Part shown: positions 40,014-51,646 of the stretch, piece after piece | Position numbering within the stretch: position 1 is the stretch's first letter | Layout of the letters: every line of letters starts with the position of its first letter | DNA from: an uncultured Holophagales bacterium | Lineage (GTDB): Bacteria > Acidobacteriota > Thermoanaerobaculia > Multivoradales > UBA5704 | Assembly (NCBI GenBank): GCA_963842525.1 | Contig: CAWJGT010000001.1 | Location: 576,001 to 640,000, forward strand | Direction: 5' to 3' | DNA: 64,000 nt | Made by a program: the position numbers and the translations under genes | The notes under the pieces: generated by a model | The model's input: only the letters and a program-made list of their open reading frames with translations | The model's database searches: none | Told to the model about the DNA's origin: nothing

Positions 40014-40919
40014 GCCGCCGCCTCCTCCGCGGGCCGTTCGGCCAGGCCGCGCACCGCCAGGAAGGCGCCGTAGGCCTCCTCCAGAGTGACCGTCCGCGGC
40101 CGGGCGCCGGGGATCGGCTCCGAGCACCAGACCACCCGCTCGACCGCCCCCTGCCGGTCCGCCCGCCAGGTCACCTCGACCGCGCCGTCCGGCAGGGGCT
40201 CACCCTTCTCTCGCGACGGGAACCTGCCAGAGCCGGCCCGCCGCAGCGCGCAGCAGCTCGGTGGGCGTGCTGTCGAAGAGCACCGTCCCCTGGGCGATCA
40301 CTGCCAGCCGCGGGCAGGTGGCTTCTACGTCTTCTACGATATGGGTGGAGAGCAGCACCGCCGTGCTCTCGGCGATCTCGGCAATCAGCGACCGGAAGCG
40401 GATCCGCTCCTCCGGGTCGAGCCCGGCGGTCGGCTCGTCGACCACCAGCAGGCGGGGAGAGTGGATGAGCGCCTGGGCGATCCCGAGCCGCCGCTGCATG
40501 CCGCCCGAGTACTCGCCCGAAGCCCGGTTCGCGGCACCGGCGAGCCCCACCGACTCGACCAGCTCGCGGACCCGCGCGTCGAGCGCCCTGCGGCCGAGCG
40601 GCACCCCGCGCAGCCGTGCGCAGTGCGTCAGGTACTCGCGGCCGGTCAGATGCCCGAGCGGCCGGAAGTCCTGGGGCAGATACCCGATGTTCCGCCGGAT
40701 GGCCGGCCGCAGCGCAGGCCGCGCCGCATCGAGCCCGTCATAGACCCGCCGGCCGGAGGTCGGCTCCAGAGCCAGCACCAGGATCGACAGGAATGTGGTC
40801 TTGCCCGCGCCGTTCGGCCCCAGCAGCCCGAGCATCCCCTTGTCGAACGACAGGCTCACCCCCCGGAGCGCCCGCGTGCCGTCCGAATAGGTCTTGGTGA
40901 GGTCCGCCAGCTCGATCAT
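40010..40919 (-). CDS. ABC transporter ATP-binding protein, frameshift near 40200
   Basis: GPNGAGKTT, YSGGMQRR, VVDEPTAGLD, STH. Confidence 0.9.
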
Positions 40920-41148
40920 CCGCGCCTCCGGGATAGACGATTCCCATTCGGGCTCGCACCCGCTTTTGGGGAAACACCGCAGCACTGGGACTGCTGCCCA
41001 AGTGTACTACAGAACCAACACACTGTACGAACGAATGTGGTGGAATGTTTACCTTACCCCCTGTCCGCCTCTCCCGGTCGGGGGTAGGGACGAGTGGGAG
41101 GTAGGGGTGGTGTTGAATCCCACGCAGTTTCGTGACCGCCGTCATAGA

Positions 41149-41376
41149 ATGCACCGCCGCGGTCTAATCCGGATAAGCGGGATTCACCGGGACACGATCA
41201 TGCGGCTCCTGCGGGTGGCGTGTGGCAAGTGCGAGGCGATCTTGGGCAAGCACCTCCGGGCGGTCCCGGTAAAGGACGGGCTCCCTGCGGCGGCAGGAGA
41301 CGGGGGAATTACCAGGCTTTACCGCCGAAGGTACCGTGAAGCGATTCGCCCCCCCCTCGGGCTCATAGGTGCTTGA
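41149..41376 (+). pseudogene. IS1-family transposase N-terminal fragment
   Basis: RISGIHRDTIMRLL...GKC resembles the HTH of IS1-like transposases; no catalytic domain. Confidence 0.5.
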
Positions 41377-41401
41377 CAGGCACCCATGAGGCGGCTAAGA
41401 T
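41362..41401 (+). promoter_or_regulatory. Sigma70-type promoter with an inverted repeat over the -35 box
   Basis: TTGACA(41373)-17nt-TAAGAT; CTCATAGGTGC/GCACCCATGAG flank the -35. Confidence 0.65.
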
Positions 41402-41515
41402 TTAGACGGCGAAGGGGAAAGCTAACCGGGCGCCACAGGAAATCAAAGGAACGTTAGGGGACTTCGGTCCCTGGCGTATTTACTCCGGGTCTGCGAAGCA
41501 CACCGGTTATTTGGG

Positions 41516-42125
41516 ATGACAGAGCCAAGCGCCATTCTTGGGATGGGAACAACTGGTACCATGCGTGCAAAACTTGCGGCGCAAGGATCTGTTTGCCCTT
41601 GATTATGCAGCGATCTCGAAAAATTGGTCGGAGCACGGCAGTGGTGCGGGACTCATTACTACATCGGAGCCCTGAAGCAGCGCATATCGGTTATCGGGAA
41701 CAAAGGCAGTTCTTGTCTCGAATCCAGAACCAAGACGCGCGGATTGTAGTCCCTACGGTAGGATTGAAGAGCGACCGAAGGAGAACGAGCTTTCTACGCG
41801 CTGCTGGCGTACCTCGATACAACTACGCTCTTGATCCTGCATACATGCCGAACTGCGAACCTAGCAGGCAGCACAAGATGGCCGACCTCAAGAGAAAGCG
41901 GCAGACGTCTATCTAGCGGTAGACATGTATCGCCTAGCCGTCAACAACGAATATGATACGGCATATCTGTTGTCGTCCGATGGTGACTCACTCCCGCTGT
42001 ACTGCCGTGCGCGAGCTAGGCAAGAAGGTATTTTGTGCCTCTCGCCCAAGTTATGCCAAGAATCACGCCAACACTTATCACCCTCAAAAAGATTGGTTCA
42101 AGGACGCTACGCTACGCCCGCAGGG
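41516..42125 (+). pseudogene. NYN-domain (LabA/DUF88) protein with several frameshifts
   Basis: Across frames: DGNNWYH, YYIG, KEKAADVYLAVDM, YDTAYLLSSDGD, VRELGKKV. Confidence 0.75.
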
Positions 42126-42339
42126 AATCTGGGCGCCCGGCGCGCGGCGCACCGCGGCGGCCGCCGCGGCGGCGCGGCGGAACGGACGCCGGAGACGGCA
42201 CGCGCGCGGGCGGGCGGCGCCCGGACCGCGGGGAGGCGCCCGCGGCGCCGCCGGCCGCCCGGGCCCCGACGCCCCCCCCCCCCCCAGGGGGACAGGGGGC
42301 GAGGCGCAGGTTTTTCCCCCGCCATGGGTTCCAGGAAAC

Positions 42340-44190
42340 ATGAAAGCAGCAGCCCTCACCCTCATCATCCTCTCTGCCGTCGTGCTCTGCCTCTCCTGGG
42401 GAGGGAGGCTCGGCGGCTGTCGAACATCAGCCGTCCCTGCGCCTACTCTGGAAAGAGGCCGGGCTCACCGAGCGCGAGGCGGCGGCCCATCTCCTCAACC
42501 GTTTCTCCTATGGCCCACGACCGGGCGAGATCGAGAAGGTGATCGAGCTGGGCCTCGACCGCTGGCTGGAGCGCCAGCTCGCGGCCGACCTCCGCGAGCC
42601 GCGGCTCGACCGCCTGCGCGAGCTGCCGGCCCTGGAGATGTCCACCGCCGAGATCGTGCGCACCTATCCCCATCCCGGCCTCGTGCTCGCCGAGGCGCGC
42701 CGGGCGGGCGTGGTCTCCGGCCGCCGTGGGAAGGACGATGCGGAGGAGGTCGCGGACGAAGAAGCCGGCCTGGAGAAGACCCGCGAGACCGTGCGCCGCT
42801 GGGCCCGCGAGCAGGGCTACCGCTCGCAGCGCGAGCTGCTCGGCCAGCTCATGACCCAGAAGCTCTATCGCGCCGTCGACGCCGAGAACCAGCTCGCCGA
42901 GGTGATGACCGACTTCTGGTTCAACCACTTCAATGTCTCGCTGACCGACAACCAGGCCCGCGGCTACCTGCTCTCCTACGAGCGGGACGCCGTCCGCCCG
43001 CACACCCTGGGGGATTTCCGCGACCTCCTGGGCGCCACGGCCCGCCACCCGGCCATGCTGCTCTACCTCGACAACGCCCAGTCCGCGGCTCCGGCCGGAG
43101 CCGTGACGACCCTGAGCCGGGAGATGGAGCGCCGGCCGCGACTCCGCGGCAGGTCGAGCTCCCCGGATGCCCGAAGGCCAGCGGCGCCGCAAGCCGAGCG
43201 GCCTCAACGAGAACTACGCCCGCGAGCTGATGGAGCTGCACACCCTCGGAGTCGACGGCGGCTATACCCAGGACGACGTGGTCCAGGTGGCCCGCGCCTT
43301 CACCGGCTGGAGCCTCCTGCCGCCGGGCCCGCTGCGGGGCGAAGCCGAGCGCCGGCTGCGCCTCGTGCGCCGCGCCGGAGGGCTGGGCTTCGAATCCGCA
43401 GGCGAGTTCCTCTTCCGGGCCGACCTGCACGACGCCGGCGAGAAGATGGTCCTCGGCAAGCGCCTGCCGGCCGGCCGCGGGATCGAGGACGGCAAGGACG
43501 TCCTCGACCTCCTGGCCGCCCATCCTGCGACGGCCCGGCACCTGGCGACCAAGCTGGCCGTGCGCTTCGTGTCGGACACCCCTCCGCAGGCGCTGGTCGA
43601 CCGTCTGGCCGCCGTCTAGCTGAAGACCGGCGGCGACGCGCGCGGCGCTGCTGCGCGGCGATCGCCGAGTCGCCGGAATTCTGGAGCCGCGAGGCCGTGG
43701 GGGCCAAGATCAAGTCGCCCTTCGAGCTGGCGGCCTCGGCCCTGCGCGCCACGGGCGCCGAGATCGAGGAGCCGCGCGTCGTCCTCCAGTGGATCGCCCG
43801 CATGGGCCAGCCGCTCTACGCCTACCAGGCGCCGACCGGCTATCCCGACCGCGCCGAGGCCTGGGTGAACACCGGCTCGCTCCTCGAACCGCATGAGCTT
43901 CGGCCTGCAGCTCGCCGCCGGCCGGGTGCACGGAGTGGAGATGGACCTGCCCGCCCTGAACGGCGGACGCGAGCCCGGGTCGCGCGCCGAGGCCCTGCGC
44001 CGTCTACGCCGGCCTCCTGCTGCCCGGCCGCGAGCTCGAGCCGGTCCTGAAGCAGCTCGGTCCCATGGTGGCGGACCCGAAGCTGGCAAGAAGGTCGACC
44101 AGGCCACCCGCCAAGGAGACCGCGGTCGAGCAGGTGGCTGGGCGGTGATCCTCGAGCTCGACCGCGAGATGGTCCAGCGGAGCATCGATC
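42340..44190 (+). CDS. DUF1800 family protein, frameshifted; end approximate
   Basis: QLAEVMTDFWFNHFNVS, HPAMLLYLDN, NENYARELMELHTLGVDGGYTQ, KIKSPFE. Confidence 0.88.
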
Positions 44191-44283
44191 GCTGCGACCC
44201 CGCGTGGCCCTCGTCCCGATCTCCCTTACCGACCCCCGCCGGGAGAGCGGGAGAATGCCGGGATGATCCGTCGGGAGCGGTCT

Positions 44284-44336
44284 CCCCTCTCCCGGGGCTG
44301 CGAGGGTGGGAGATGGGAGAGGGGCCGGGGGTGAGG
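44284..44336. repeat. REP-like element
   Basis: CCCCTCTCCC...GGGAGAGGGGCCGGGGGTGAGG. Confidence 0.8.
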
Positions 44337-44380
44337 ACCAACGAGCGTCGAGCGAAGAAGAGATGAAGGAGAAACCCACC

Positions 44381-45653
44381 ATGCTGACCCGCAGACTGTT
44401 CCTGAAGGCCGGCGGCATCGCCCTGTTCACCTTGGGCACGGGGCGGGCCCGGCTTCCTGACCCGCGCCGCCCTGGCCGCCGCGGGACCGGCTCCCCATCG
44501 CGCCGGCGCAAGGTCCTGGTCACCATCTTCCAGCGCGGCGCCATGGACGGCCTCGCGGCCGTGCCGCCTCTCGCGACGAGGCGGCCCTCCGCACCCTGCG
44601 GCCGCGCCTCGCCATGAGCGCGGCCCGCCGGCCGGCGACGAGGCGCTGCTCGACCTCGGAGCCGGCTTCGGCCTCCACCCCGCGTTCGCAGCCGCTGCTG
44701 CCGCTGTGGAAGGAGCAGCCGCCTGGCCATCGTCCACGCCGTGGGCTCGCCCGACCCGACCCGCTCGCACTTCGACGCCCAGGACTTCATGGAGACCGGC
44801 ACGCCGGGCCGCAAGGGCACGCCCTACGGCTGGCTCAACCGCGCCGTGGGCCTCCTGGGCCAGCGACGGCCGCCCTTTCCGGGCCGTGGCCCTGACCCCC
44901 GCCCTGCCGCGCTCCCTCTACGGCGACGCAGCCGGCGCTCGCGGTCACCAACCTCGCCGACTTCAGGGTCCGGCTGCCCGGCGCCGACAGCACGGCCGCC
45001 GCCGCCGGCCAGGGCTTCGAGGCCCTCTACGACCAGACCTCGGAGCGGTCCTGCGCGACACCGGGGGCGAGACCTTCCAGGCCGTCCACATGCTCACCCC
45101 CGAGGCATCGACCGCTACCGGCCGGCGGACGGCGCGCGAGTACCCGCAGACGCCCGCTGGGCAACGCCCTGCGGCAGATCGCCATCCTGGTCAAGTCCGA
45201 CGTCGGCCTCGAGGTCGCCTTCGCCGAGTCCGGCGGCTGGGACACCCACGTCCAGCAAGGCACCGTCTCGGCAGCTTCACCCGCCAGGCCCGCGACCTCG
45301 CCGGGTCGATCCACGCCTTCTGGACCGACCTCGGCCCCGCGTACCAGGACCAGGTCCTGCTCACCACCATGACCGAGTTCGGCCGCACCGTGCGCGAGAA
45401 CGGCTCGGGCGGCACCGACCACGGCCACGGCTCCTGCCTCTTCGTGCTCGGCAACAAGGTGGACGGCGGCAAGGTCCACGGCACCTTCCCCGGCCTGGAC
45501 CGCGGCGCCCTCTACGAGGGGCGCGACCTGCCGGTGACCACCGACTTCCGCGCCGTCTTCTGCGAGCTGGCCGGCAAGCACCTGGGCGTCAAGGACGACG
45601 CCAAGCTCTTCCCGGGATGGACGGGCGGGCGCCTGCCGTTGATCAAGACGTAG
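44381..45653 (+). CDS. DUF1501 family Tat-exported protein, frameshifted
   Basis: TRRLFLK, FQRGAMDGL, RSHFDAQ, GGWDTH, TEFGRT..EN...GTDHGHG. Confidence 0.88.
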
Positions 45654-45695
45654 GGCCGCCCGGACATGAATCGCCGGGCGACCTACAATCACGGC

Positions 45696-46693
45696 ATGAA
45701 GCTCGCCCTCCTGGCCCTGCTCGCCGCCGTCTCCCTGGGCTGCTTTTCCGGAGAAGCCGCACCGGTGCCCGCTCCAGCCGCCGTGGCCGGCGACATCTGT
45801 AAGCCGCTGATGGCTTCGCCGCAGCCGGTCTCTCCTCCTGCCATCCCAGGGGTCCAGCGGGTGCGCATCCTCGCCTTCGGCGACTTCGGCACCGGTGGCC
45901 GTTCCCGAGAGACGTGGCCCGCGCCATGGCCGAGGTGGACCGCCGCTCGCCCTTCGACCTCGGGATCACCCTGGGGGACAACTTCTACGAAAGAGGGCTG
46001 AACAGCCCGATCCACCCGCGGTGGCGGACCAACTGGGAGGCCCTGTACAACGGGCTCGGCATCCGGATCTACGCCGTCCTGGGCAACCACGACTACTACG
46101 ATTCCGCGAGCCCGCCGGCCGAGATGGCCCGCTCGCGTCTGAGCCGGACCTGGTGCCTGCCGCGCCCCTACTACACCTTCCGGGCCGGCCCGGTGCAGCT
46201 CTTCGCCGTCGACACCGACCCGATCGCGCGAGGGGACGCCTCGGTCGAAGAGCAGCTCTCCTGGCTCGACGGTGCTCTCGCCGCGAGCCGCGCCCCCTGG
46301 AAGATGGTCTACGGCCATCACCCCATCTACACGAACGGAGAGCACGGCGGGGACCTGGGATACATCCCGCCGCTCCGCCAAGAGCTCCTCCCGCTTCTCG
46401 CGAAGCACAAGGTGGACGTCTACCTGGCCGGCCACGACCACGACCTGGAGATCCTGAAGCCGGACGAGGGAGTGCGTTTCCTGGTCTCCGGCGGAGGCGG
46501 CAAGGGCGTTCGTCCTCTGCGGACCAGGGCCTGCCGCGACTGGGCCGCGAGCCGCCTGGGTTTCACCGTGCTGGACGCCGGCAGGCAGGACCTGACCGCC
46601 ACCTTCTACGGAACCAACGGCGAGCAGCTCCACGAGGTCCGGCTGCGCAAAGGCCAGACGGTTCCGGACTGCCGGAGGCCCGGCCCCCCATAG
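45696..46693 (+). CDS. Metallophosphoesterase (acid-phosphatase-like) lipoprotein, one frameshift
   Basis: GDFG, GDNFY, GNHD, GHHP, AGHDH. Confidence 0.9.
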
Positions 46694-46842
46694 CCCTCAC
46701 CCCCCTGGCCCCCCTCTCTCCCAGCCGCACTCCCCAACCCCCGGGAGAGGGGGGAAGAGGCACGACGAGGGAGTTTTTGGGTGGGGGCTCCCCTCTCCCG
46801 GTGGTCGGGAGGGCGGTTGGGAGAGGGGTCGGGGGTGAGGGG
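46694..46842. repeat. Inverted REP pair
   Basis: CCCTCACCCCCCTGGCCCCCTCTC ... GGGAGAGGGGTCGGGGGTGAGGG. Confidence 0.85.
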
Positions 46843-46950
46843 CCAGGCTCGCGTAGGACTTTCGAGACACCCTCAGAGGTGCCCATAGACTTTTGTATAC
46901 TCCACCAGTTTCACCCGCTGACCGCTCTTCCGTTATCCTTCGAAGGTCCC

Positions 46951-49840
46951 ATGCCGTCTTTCACGCACCTAGAGTTCCATCGAACGGGTATCGGCCTCGT
47001 GCCGGAGGGCGGCGAGCGACACCGCCATCTACGTCGCCCAGGTGCCCGGCAGCCGCAGGCCCTGCGGTCCTGCACCTGCAGGCGAGCAAGAAGAAGACGT
47101 GTGACCACCTGAAGGACCTCTCCCGGGCGGTCGCCGAGGTCGAGAAGGCCTTCGCTGCGCGGGGTGGGAGGCGCCTTCGAGGCGTCCGTCTGGTACCGGC
47201 TGGCGCGGCTGCTGTTCGAGGGCAATCCGCAGCCTCGGCCAAGGTGCGGGTGCTGCGCCTGGCGCGCGACGGCGGAGCCTCATCCGCGTCACCTCGCCGG
47301 CGGCGACGAGCTGGCGGAGATCTCGACACCTCGGCGCGCGGTCCGGTTCCTCGAGCGGACCGGCAAGGCCGCGCTCGGGGCAGGCGTCTTCGACCGCGCC
47401 GGCCTGCTCGAGCGGCTGGCCCTGTTCCAGGCCACCGAGCAGGAGCGCCTGCTCCACAAGGCCGGGATGAAGACGCAGCGCCAGAGCTGGGAGGAGAGCT
47501 TCTGGCACCGCCTCGCCTATCACTGCGTGCGCGAGATGGAGGAGGGAGACCGGGAGCTTCCACCCCGCCATCGACGAGGCGGGCGGCGGGTTCACCTTCA
47601 CCTATCCGGCGCGGCAGCGAGCCGGTCGTCGTTCGCCGTGCCGCGCGACCGCGTGCGGGCGGCGCTGCAGCTCCTCGCCGAGGAATATCCGGAGCAGGAG
47701 GACCTGGCCTCCGGCCCATCCCCCTGAAATCGATCTTCCGCGTCACCCAGGAGACCGAGCTGGACCTGGAGGTGCGGCCGGTCATCCGCGCCCTCCAGGC
47801 GAACGGCGAGGAGCGTTTCCTCGAGTGGCCGACGTCGAGAAGTTTCGCTACGGCAACCTGATCTACATCAAGGATCTCGGGTGCTGGCCGAGCTGGAGCG
47901 CGAGGGCAAGGAGCGCAAGTTCAAGGCGCCGGTCAGCATGAAGCTGCAGCGCAGCCAGGTGCCGAGCTTCCTGGCCGAGCACGCGGAGGCCCTGGGCGAG
48001 GGGCTGCTGGTGCTCGACGAGCCGCTGCGCGACCGGCGGGTCTTCGAGGGCTCGACCGGATCGAGATCTCCGCCGTCGATTTCGAGGAGGCGCTGGAGCG
48101 GAGCTGGTACTGGCTGGCTATCGAGTACGGTTTCGGCAGCCATGTGGTGTCGCTCGCCGAGATCCTCGCGGCGCGCAAGGCGGGCTCCCCTACCTGGAGG
48201 CGGCGGGCGGATGGATCGACCTGAACGCGCCGGCTTTCCGCGACCTGGACGGGCTCCTGGAGCGGCCGCGGGGAGCGCGTCCGGCTGTCGGCTAGCGAGC
48301 TGCTGCGTCTCCAGGCCAGGGCGAGGCGCCGGTGTCGCGGTCGGCGGCGAGGGCGCGGCGCTCCTCGGCCGCCTCCTCGAGCTGCGGCCGGCCGCGCCGT
48401 TCCGCCGACGCGGGATCGCCACGGCGCTGCGGACCTATCAGCGGATCGGCGTCGACTGGCTGCTCTTCCTCTGGGAGAACCGGCTCGGCGGCCTGCTCTG
48501 CGACGACATGGGCCTCGGCAAGACTCTGCAGGTGCTCGCCCTGATGGTCACCCTGCTCGAGGGGGGGAAGGGGCCGAGCCCTTCCTGGTGGCCTGCCCCA
48601 CGAGCGTCCTTCCCCATTGGCGGAACCAGATCCGCCGGCACGCTCCGGGGCTCCGGCCGATCGTCCACCATGGCCCGCAGCGGCGGCTGCCGGAAAGCTG
48701 CGGCGGGCGACGTGCTGCTAACCTCCTACGGCGTGCTGCGCCGCGACGCCGAGGCGCTCTCCGCGATCCCCTTCTCGCTGGCCGTTTTCGACGAGGCCCA
48801 GAACCTCAAGAACCGGGGAACGCAGGCCTGGCAGGCGGCCGACCACCTGGTGGCGGACGTAAAGCTGGGCCTGACCGGCACGCCGATCGAGAACTCGCTC
48901 GGCGAGCTCAAGGCGCTGTTCGATCTCGTCCTCCCCGGCTATCTGGGAACCGACGAGGGCTTCGAGGATCGCTATGTCCGGATCGAAGGAGCCCGCCGAA
49001 GCTGGGACCGCATCCGGATGGAGGACGCACCGCGCGAGCTGCGGCGGGTGATCTCCCCCTTCATGCTGCGGCGTCTGAAGTCGTCGGTGCTCGACGAGCT
49101 GCCGGAGAAGATCGAGGACGTCCGCACCTGCGCGCTGTCGGACGATCAGGTCCGGCTCTACCGCGACGCCGTCGGGGCCGGGGGCCGAGCTGGCCCGGCA
49201 GATCGAGGCGGCGACGGACGGGCCCCTCCCCTACATCCACGTCTTCGCCCTGCTCAGCCTGCTCAAGAAGATCTGCGACCATCCCGCTCTGGCCATGGGC
49301 GACCTCGACCGGGCCGCGAGCTCGCCTCGGGCAAGTGGGACCTCTACCAGGAGATCCTCCCCGAGTGCCTGGACAGCGGCCAGAAGGTGGTGGTCTTCAC
49401 CCAGTTCCTGGGCATGATCGAGCTGATGGACCGCCACCTCCAAGGGCTCGGCATTGGCTTCGTCAAGCTGACCGGAGACGACGAAGCGCGGCGAGATCGT
49501 CGACCGTTTCAATCACGATCCGGATTGCCGGGTCTTCCTCGGCAGCCTGAAGGCCGGTGGCACGGGCATCGACCTGGTGGGCGGCTCGGCCGTGATCCAC
49601 TACGACCGCTGGTGGAACGCGGCGCGGGAGGACCAGGCGACCGACCGCGTCTACCGATTCGGCCAGAAGCGGGCCGTGCAGGTCTTCAAGCTGGTCACCG
49701 AGGGGACCCTCGAAGAGAAGATCGCCGCCATCATCGAAAAGAAGCGCCAGGTGATGGCGAGCGTCGTCCAGGAGGACGCGCCCGAGCTGGCCAAGATCTT
49801 CACCCGCGAGGAGCTGCTCGACATGCTGCGAGGGCAGTGA
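46951..49840 (+). CDS. SNF2-family helicase with N-terminal SWIM zinc finger, several frameshifts
   Basis: CTC...CDH, LCDDMGLGKT, DEAQNLKN, TGTPIEN, YDRWWNAAREDQATDR. Confidence 0.88.
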
Positions 49841-49922
49841 GACCCTCCCCCTGGGACCGCGGGCGTCCCGCCCGCCTGGTAGAAATAGGTACCCAGATAG
49901 ATTATCTGCATCTCTAGGGGTG

Positions 49923-49951
49923 TTGACACGAACAATGCGGCGTGCCATGAT
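49923..49951 (+). promoter_or_regulatory. Sigma70-type promoter of the 50072 gene
   Basis: TTGACA-17nt-CATGAT with extended TG; small palindrome CAGATA-gat-TATCTG just upstream. Confidence 0.6.
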
Positions 49952-50071
49952 CCAACCATCGCAATTCTGCTTCCAACATAGATGTAAAGGAAACAGAGGA
50001 GCGAGGTATGAGCCGGTATCCATTCCGATGCCGGTTTCCTCTCCGGAACGGAGAGAAAGGAGAAAGCAGTC

Positions 50072-50477
50072 ATGCCCAAGGCGAAGCGTTATCTGAATCG
50101 CGTCAACGGATGGGATCAGACCGCGGCCGCCGTCGAGGCCAACGCGGCCGACCTCCCGCACATGGAGGCGCACCGTGTCCAGCTCGTGGCCTTCAGCCAG
50201 GAAGCCAAGAGCCTGACCCTCCAGCAGGCGGACCTTCGCAGCCAGCAAGCAGGAGATCACCCGCAGGCTGCAGAAGGTGATGAAGGACGGGGACGCGCTG
50301 ATGGACTTCCTGCTGACCGGAGTCCGCCAGCACTACGGCAAGGAGAGTGAGAAGATGACCGAGTTCGGGCAGCAGCCGTTCCGCGGCCGGGCCACCAGCG
50401 GCAAGCGGAAAGCGAAGCCGGACCCGGAGCCGCAGACCTCTTCGAGCTCGACCCCTACCCCTGACGCCGTGAAGTAG
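50072..50477 (+). CDS. Small helical hypothetical protein (about 134 aa after repairing one indel near 50234)
   Basis: RBS AAGGAG. The two track ORFs join as ...QQADxAASKQEITRRLQKVMKDGDALMDFL...YGKESEKMTEFGQQPFRGR. Confidence 0.8.
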
Positions 50478-50488
50478 CCTGCCGTCTC

Positions 50489-50520
50489 GGGGGCGTGCTG
50501 CCAACACGCCCCCTCTTTTC
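50489..50520 (+). terminator. Rho-independent terminator
   Basis: GGGGGCGTG-7nt-CACGCCCCC then TCTTTTC, directly after the stop codon. Confidence 0.75.
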
Positions 50521-50620
50521 CCCTCTCTCGACAGCGCGGATCCCTGGCCCTCTCTCGTCCCGACCGCGCGGATCGTCCCGCTGCCACTCTTCGCCAGTGC
50601 CATGGTCCGCGCTCCGGCTC

Positions 50621-50999
50621 ACGTTGTCCGCGGTCAACATCCCATGGACTCGAGTCCATGCTCCAGGGACCGCGGTCCGCAAGCCGTGTCCTACAGTCCA
50701 TGCTTGAAGGACCCGAGTCAACGCCCCGTGTCCTTTAGTCCATGCTTGAAGGAGCGCGGTCCGCGTGCCATTTCCTTTAGTCCATGCTTGAGGGCACTCG
50801 AGTCAACGAGCCGCGTCCTTTAGTCCATGCTTGAAGGACCCGCGCTCCGCGCCTCATGGCCTTTAGAACCTGCTTGAGGGACCCGAGTCAATGAGCCGTT
50901 TCCTACAGGCCGTGCTTGAAGGACCGCGGTCCGCGAGCCGCGTCCTTTAGTCCATGCTTGAGGGACCGCGGTCCATGGGACGTGAACTGCGGACAACGT
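50621..50999. repeat. Array of eight 42-bp units bounded by 29-bp terminal inverted repeats
   Basis: AGTCCATGC-like unit starts at 50653, 50695, 50737, 50779, 50822, 50865, 50907 and 50949; TIRs match at 25/29. Confidence 0.9.
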
Positions 51000-51022
51000 C
51001 ACGGCTGAGGAGGGGCATCTGC

Positions 51023-51358
51023 CTACCGATGAAGAGCGATTCCGTCCGAGGGAAAGCGGCGGTCAAAGGAATAGACCCCCTCCGCATCGCGCTCCCGAGC
51101 TTGCGCCCAGATCAGGACATCCGCGAAGGAGTTGCGTTTCGAATTGCGGCAGAGAATGAAAGCCTGGGGAACACGGGGCTTGGAGACCGTGGCGAGCCGA
51201 AGGTTCTGCCGCTGGACCAGTTCCATCAAGATGTCCACGATGTCCGGACGCGACATCTTGTAGAACGAGCCGAGCACATAGGCAGTCTCCATCAGCACGA
51301 GCTCGCTCAGGAGCAGGGTTTCGTCGCTGTCGATGACCTGGGCCGCTCGTTCGGCCAT
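51023..51358 (-). pseudogene. PIN-domain toxin lacking its N-terminal DTN motif
   Basis: VLMETAYVL, SFADVLI and YSFDRRF are present; the first strand is missing. Confidence 0.7.
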
Positions 51359-51418
51359 GTTGCGACCCCGTACCTGTTGTGGTAGACAGTGACTGACAAT
51401 GACTCTCAGGAGATGTTC

Positions 51419-51646
51419 ATGCCTCAAGTCAGCGCCCGATTCCCTACAGAGCTCGTCGAAGAGATCGACCGGGCCGCGAGTCGATTCCACCGCACCCGTG
51501 CCGAGCTCATCCGGCAGGCCGTCGAGTACTACCTGGACGATGTTGAAGACCTCCAACTCGGTTTGGAGCGGCTCCAAGATCCGTCGGACCCGGTCTTGGA
51601 CTGGGAGGACGTGAAGCGTGAGCTACTCCATCAAGATCAAGGCTAG
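51419..51646 (+). CDS. Ribbon-helix-helix antitoxin (RelB-like)
   Basis: VSARFP...IDRAA...RAELIRQAVEYYLDDVED...LDWEDVK. Confidence 0.85.
   Translation: MPQVSARFPTELVEEIDRAASRFHRTRAELIRQAVEYYLDDVEDLQLGLERLQDPSDPVLDWEDVKRELLHQDQG

Noticed and set aside
42125-42330. Extremely GC-rich stretch with a poly-C run as a regulatory element
   Set aside because: It looks like low-quality consensus and has no interpretable structure.
50653-50980. 42-bp array as a CRISPR array
   Set aside because: The variable parts are only ~18 nt and fall into two alternating related types, the repeats are degenerate, and no cas genes are present. Kept as a non-CRISPR array.
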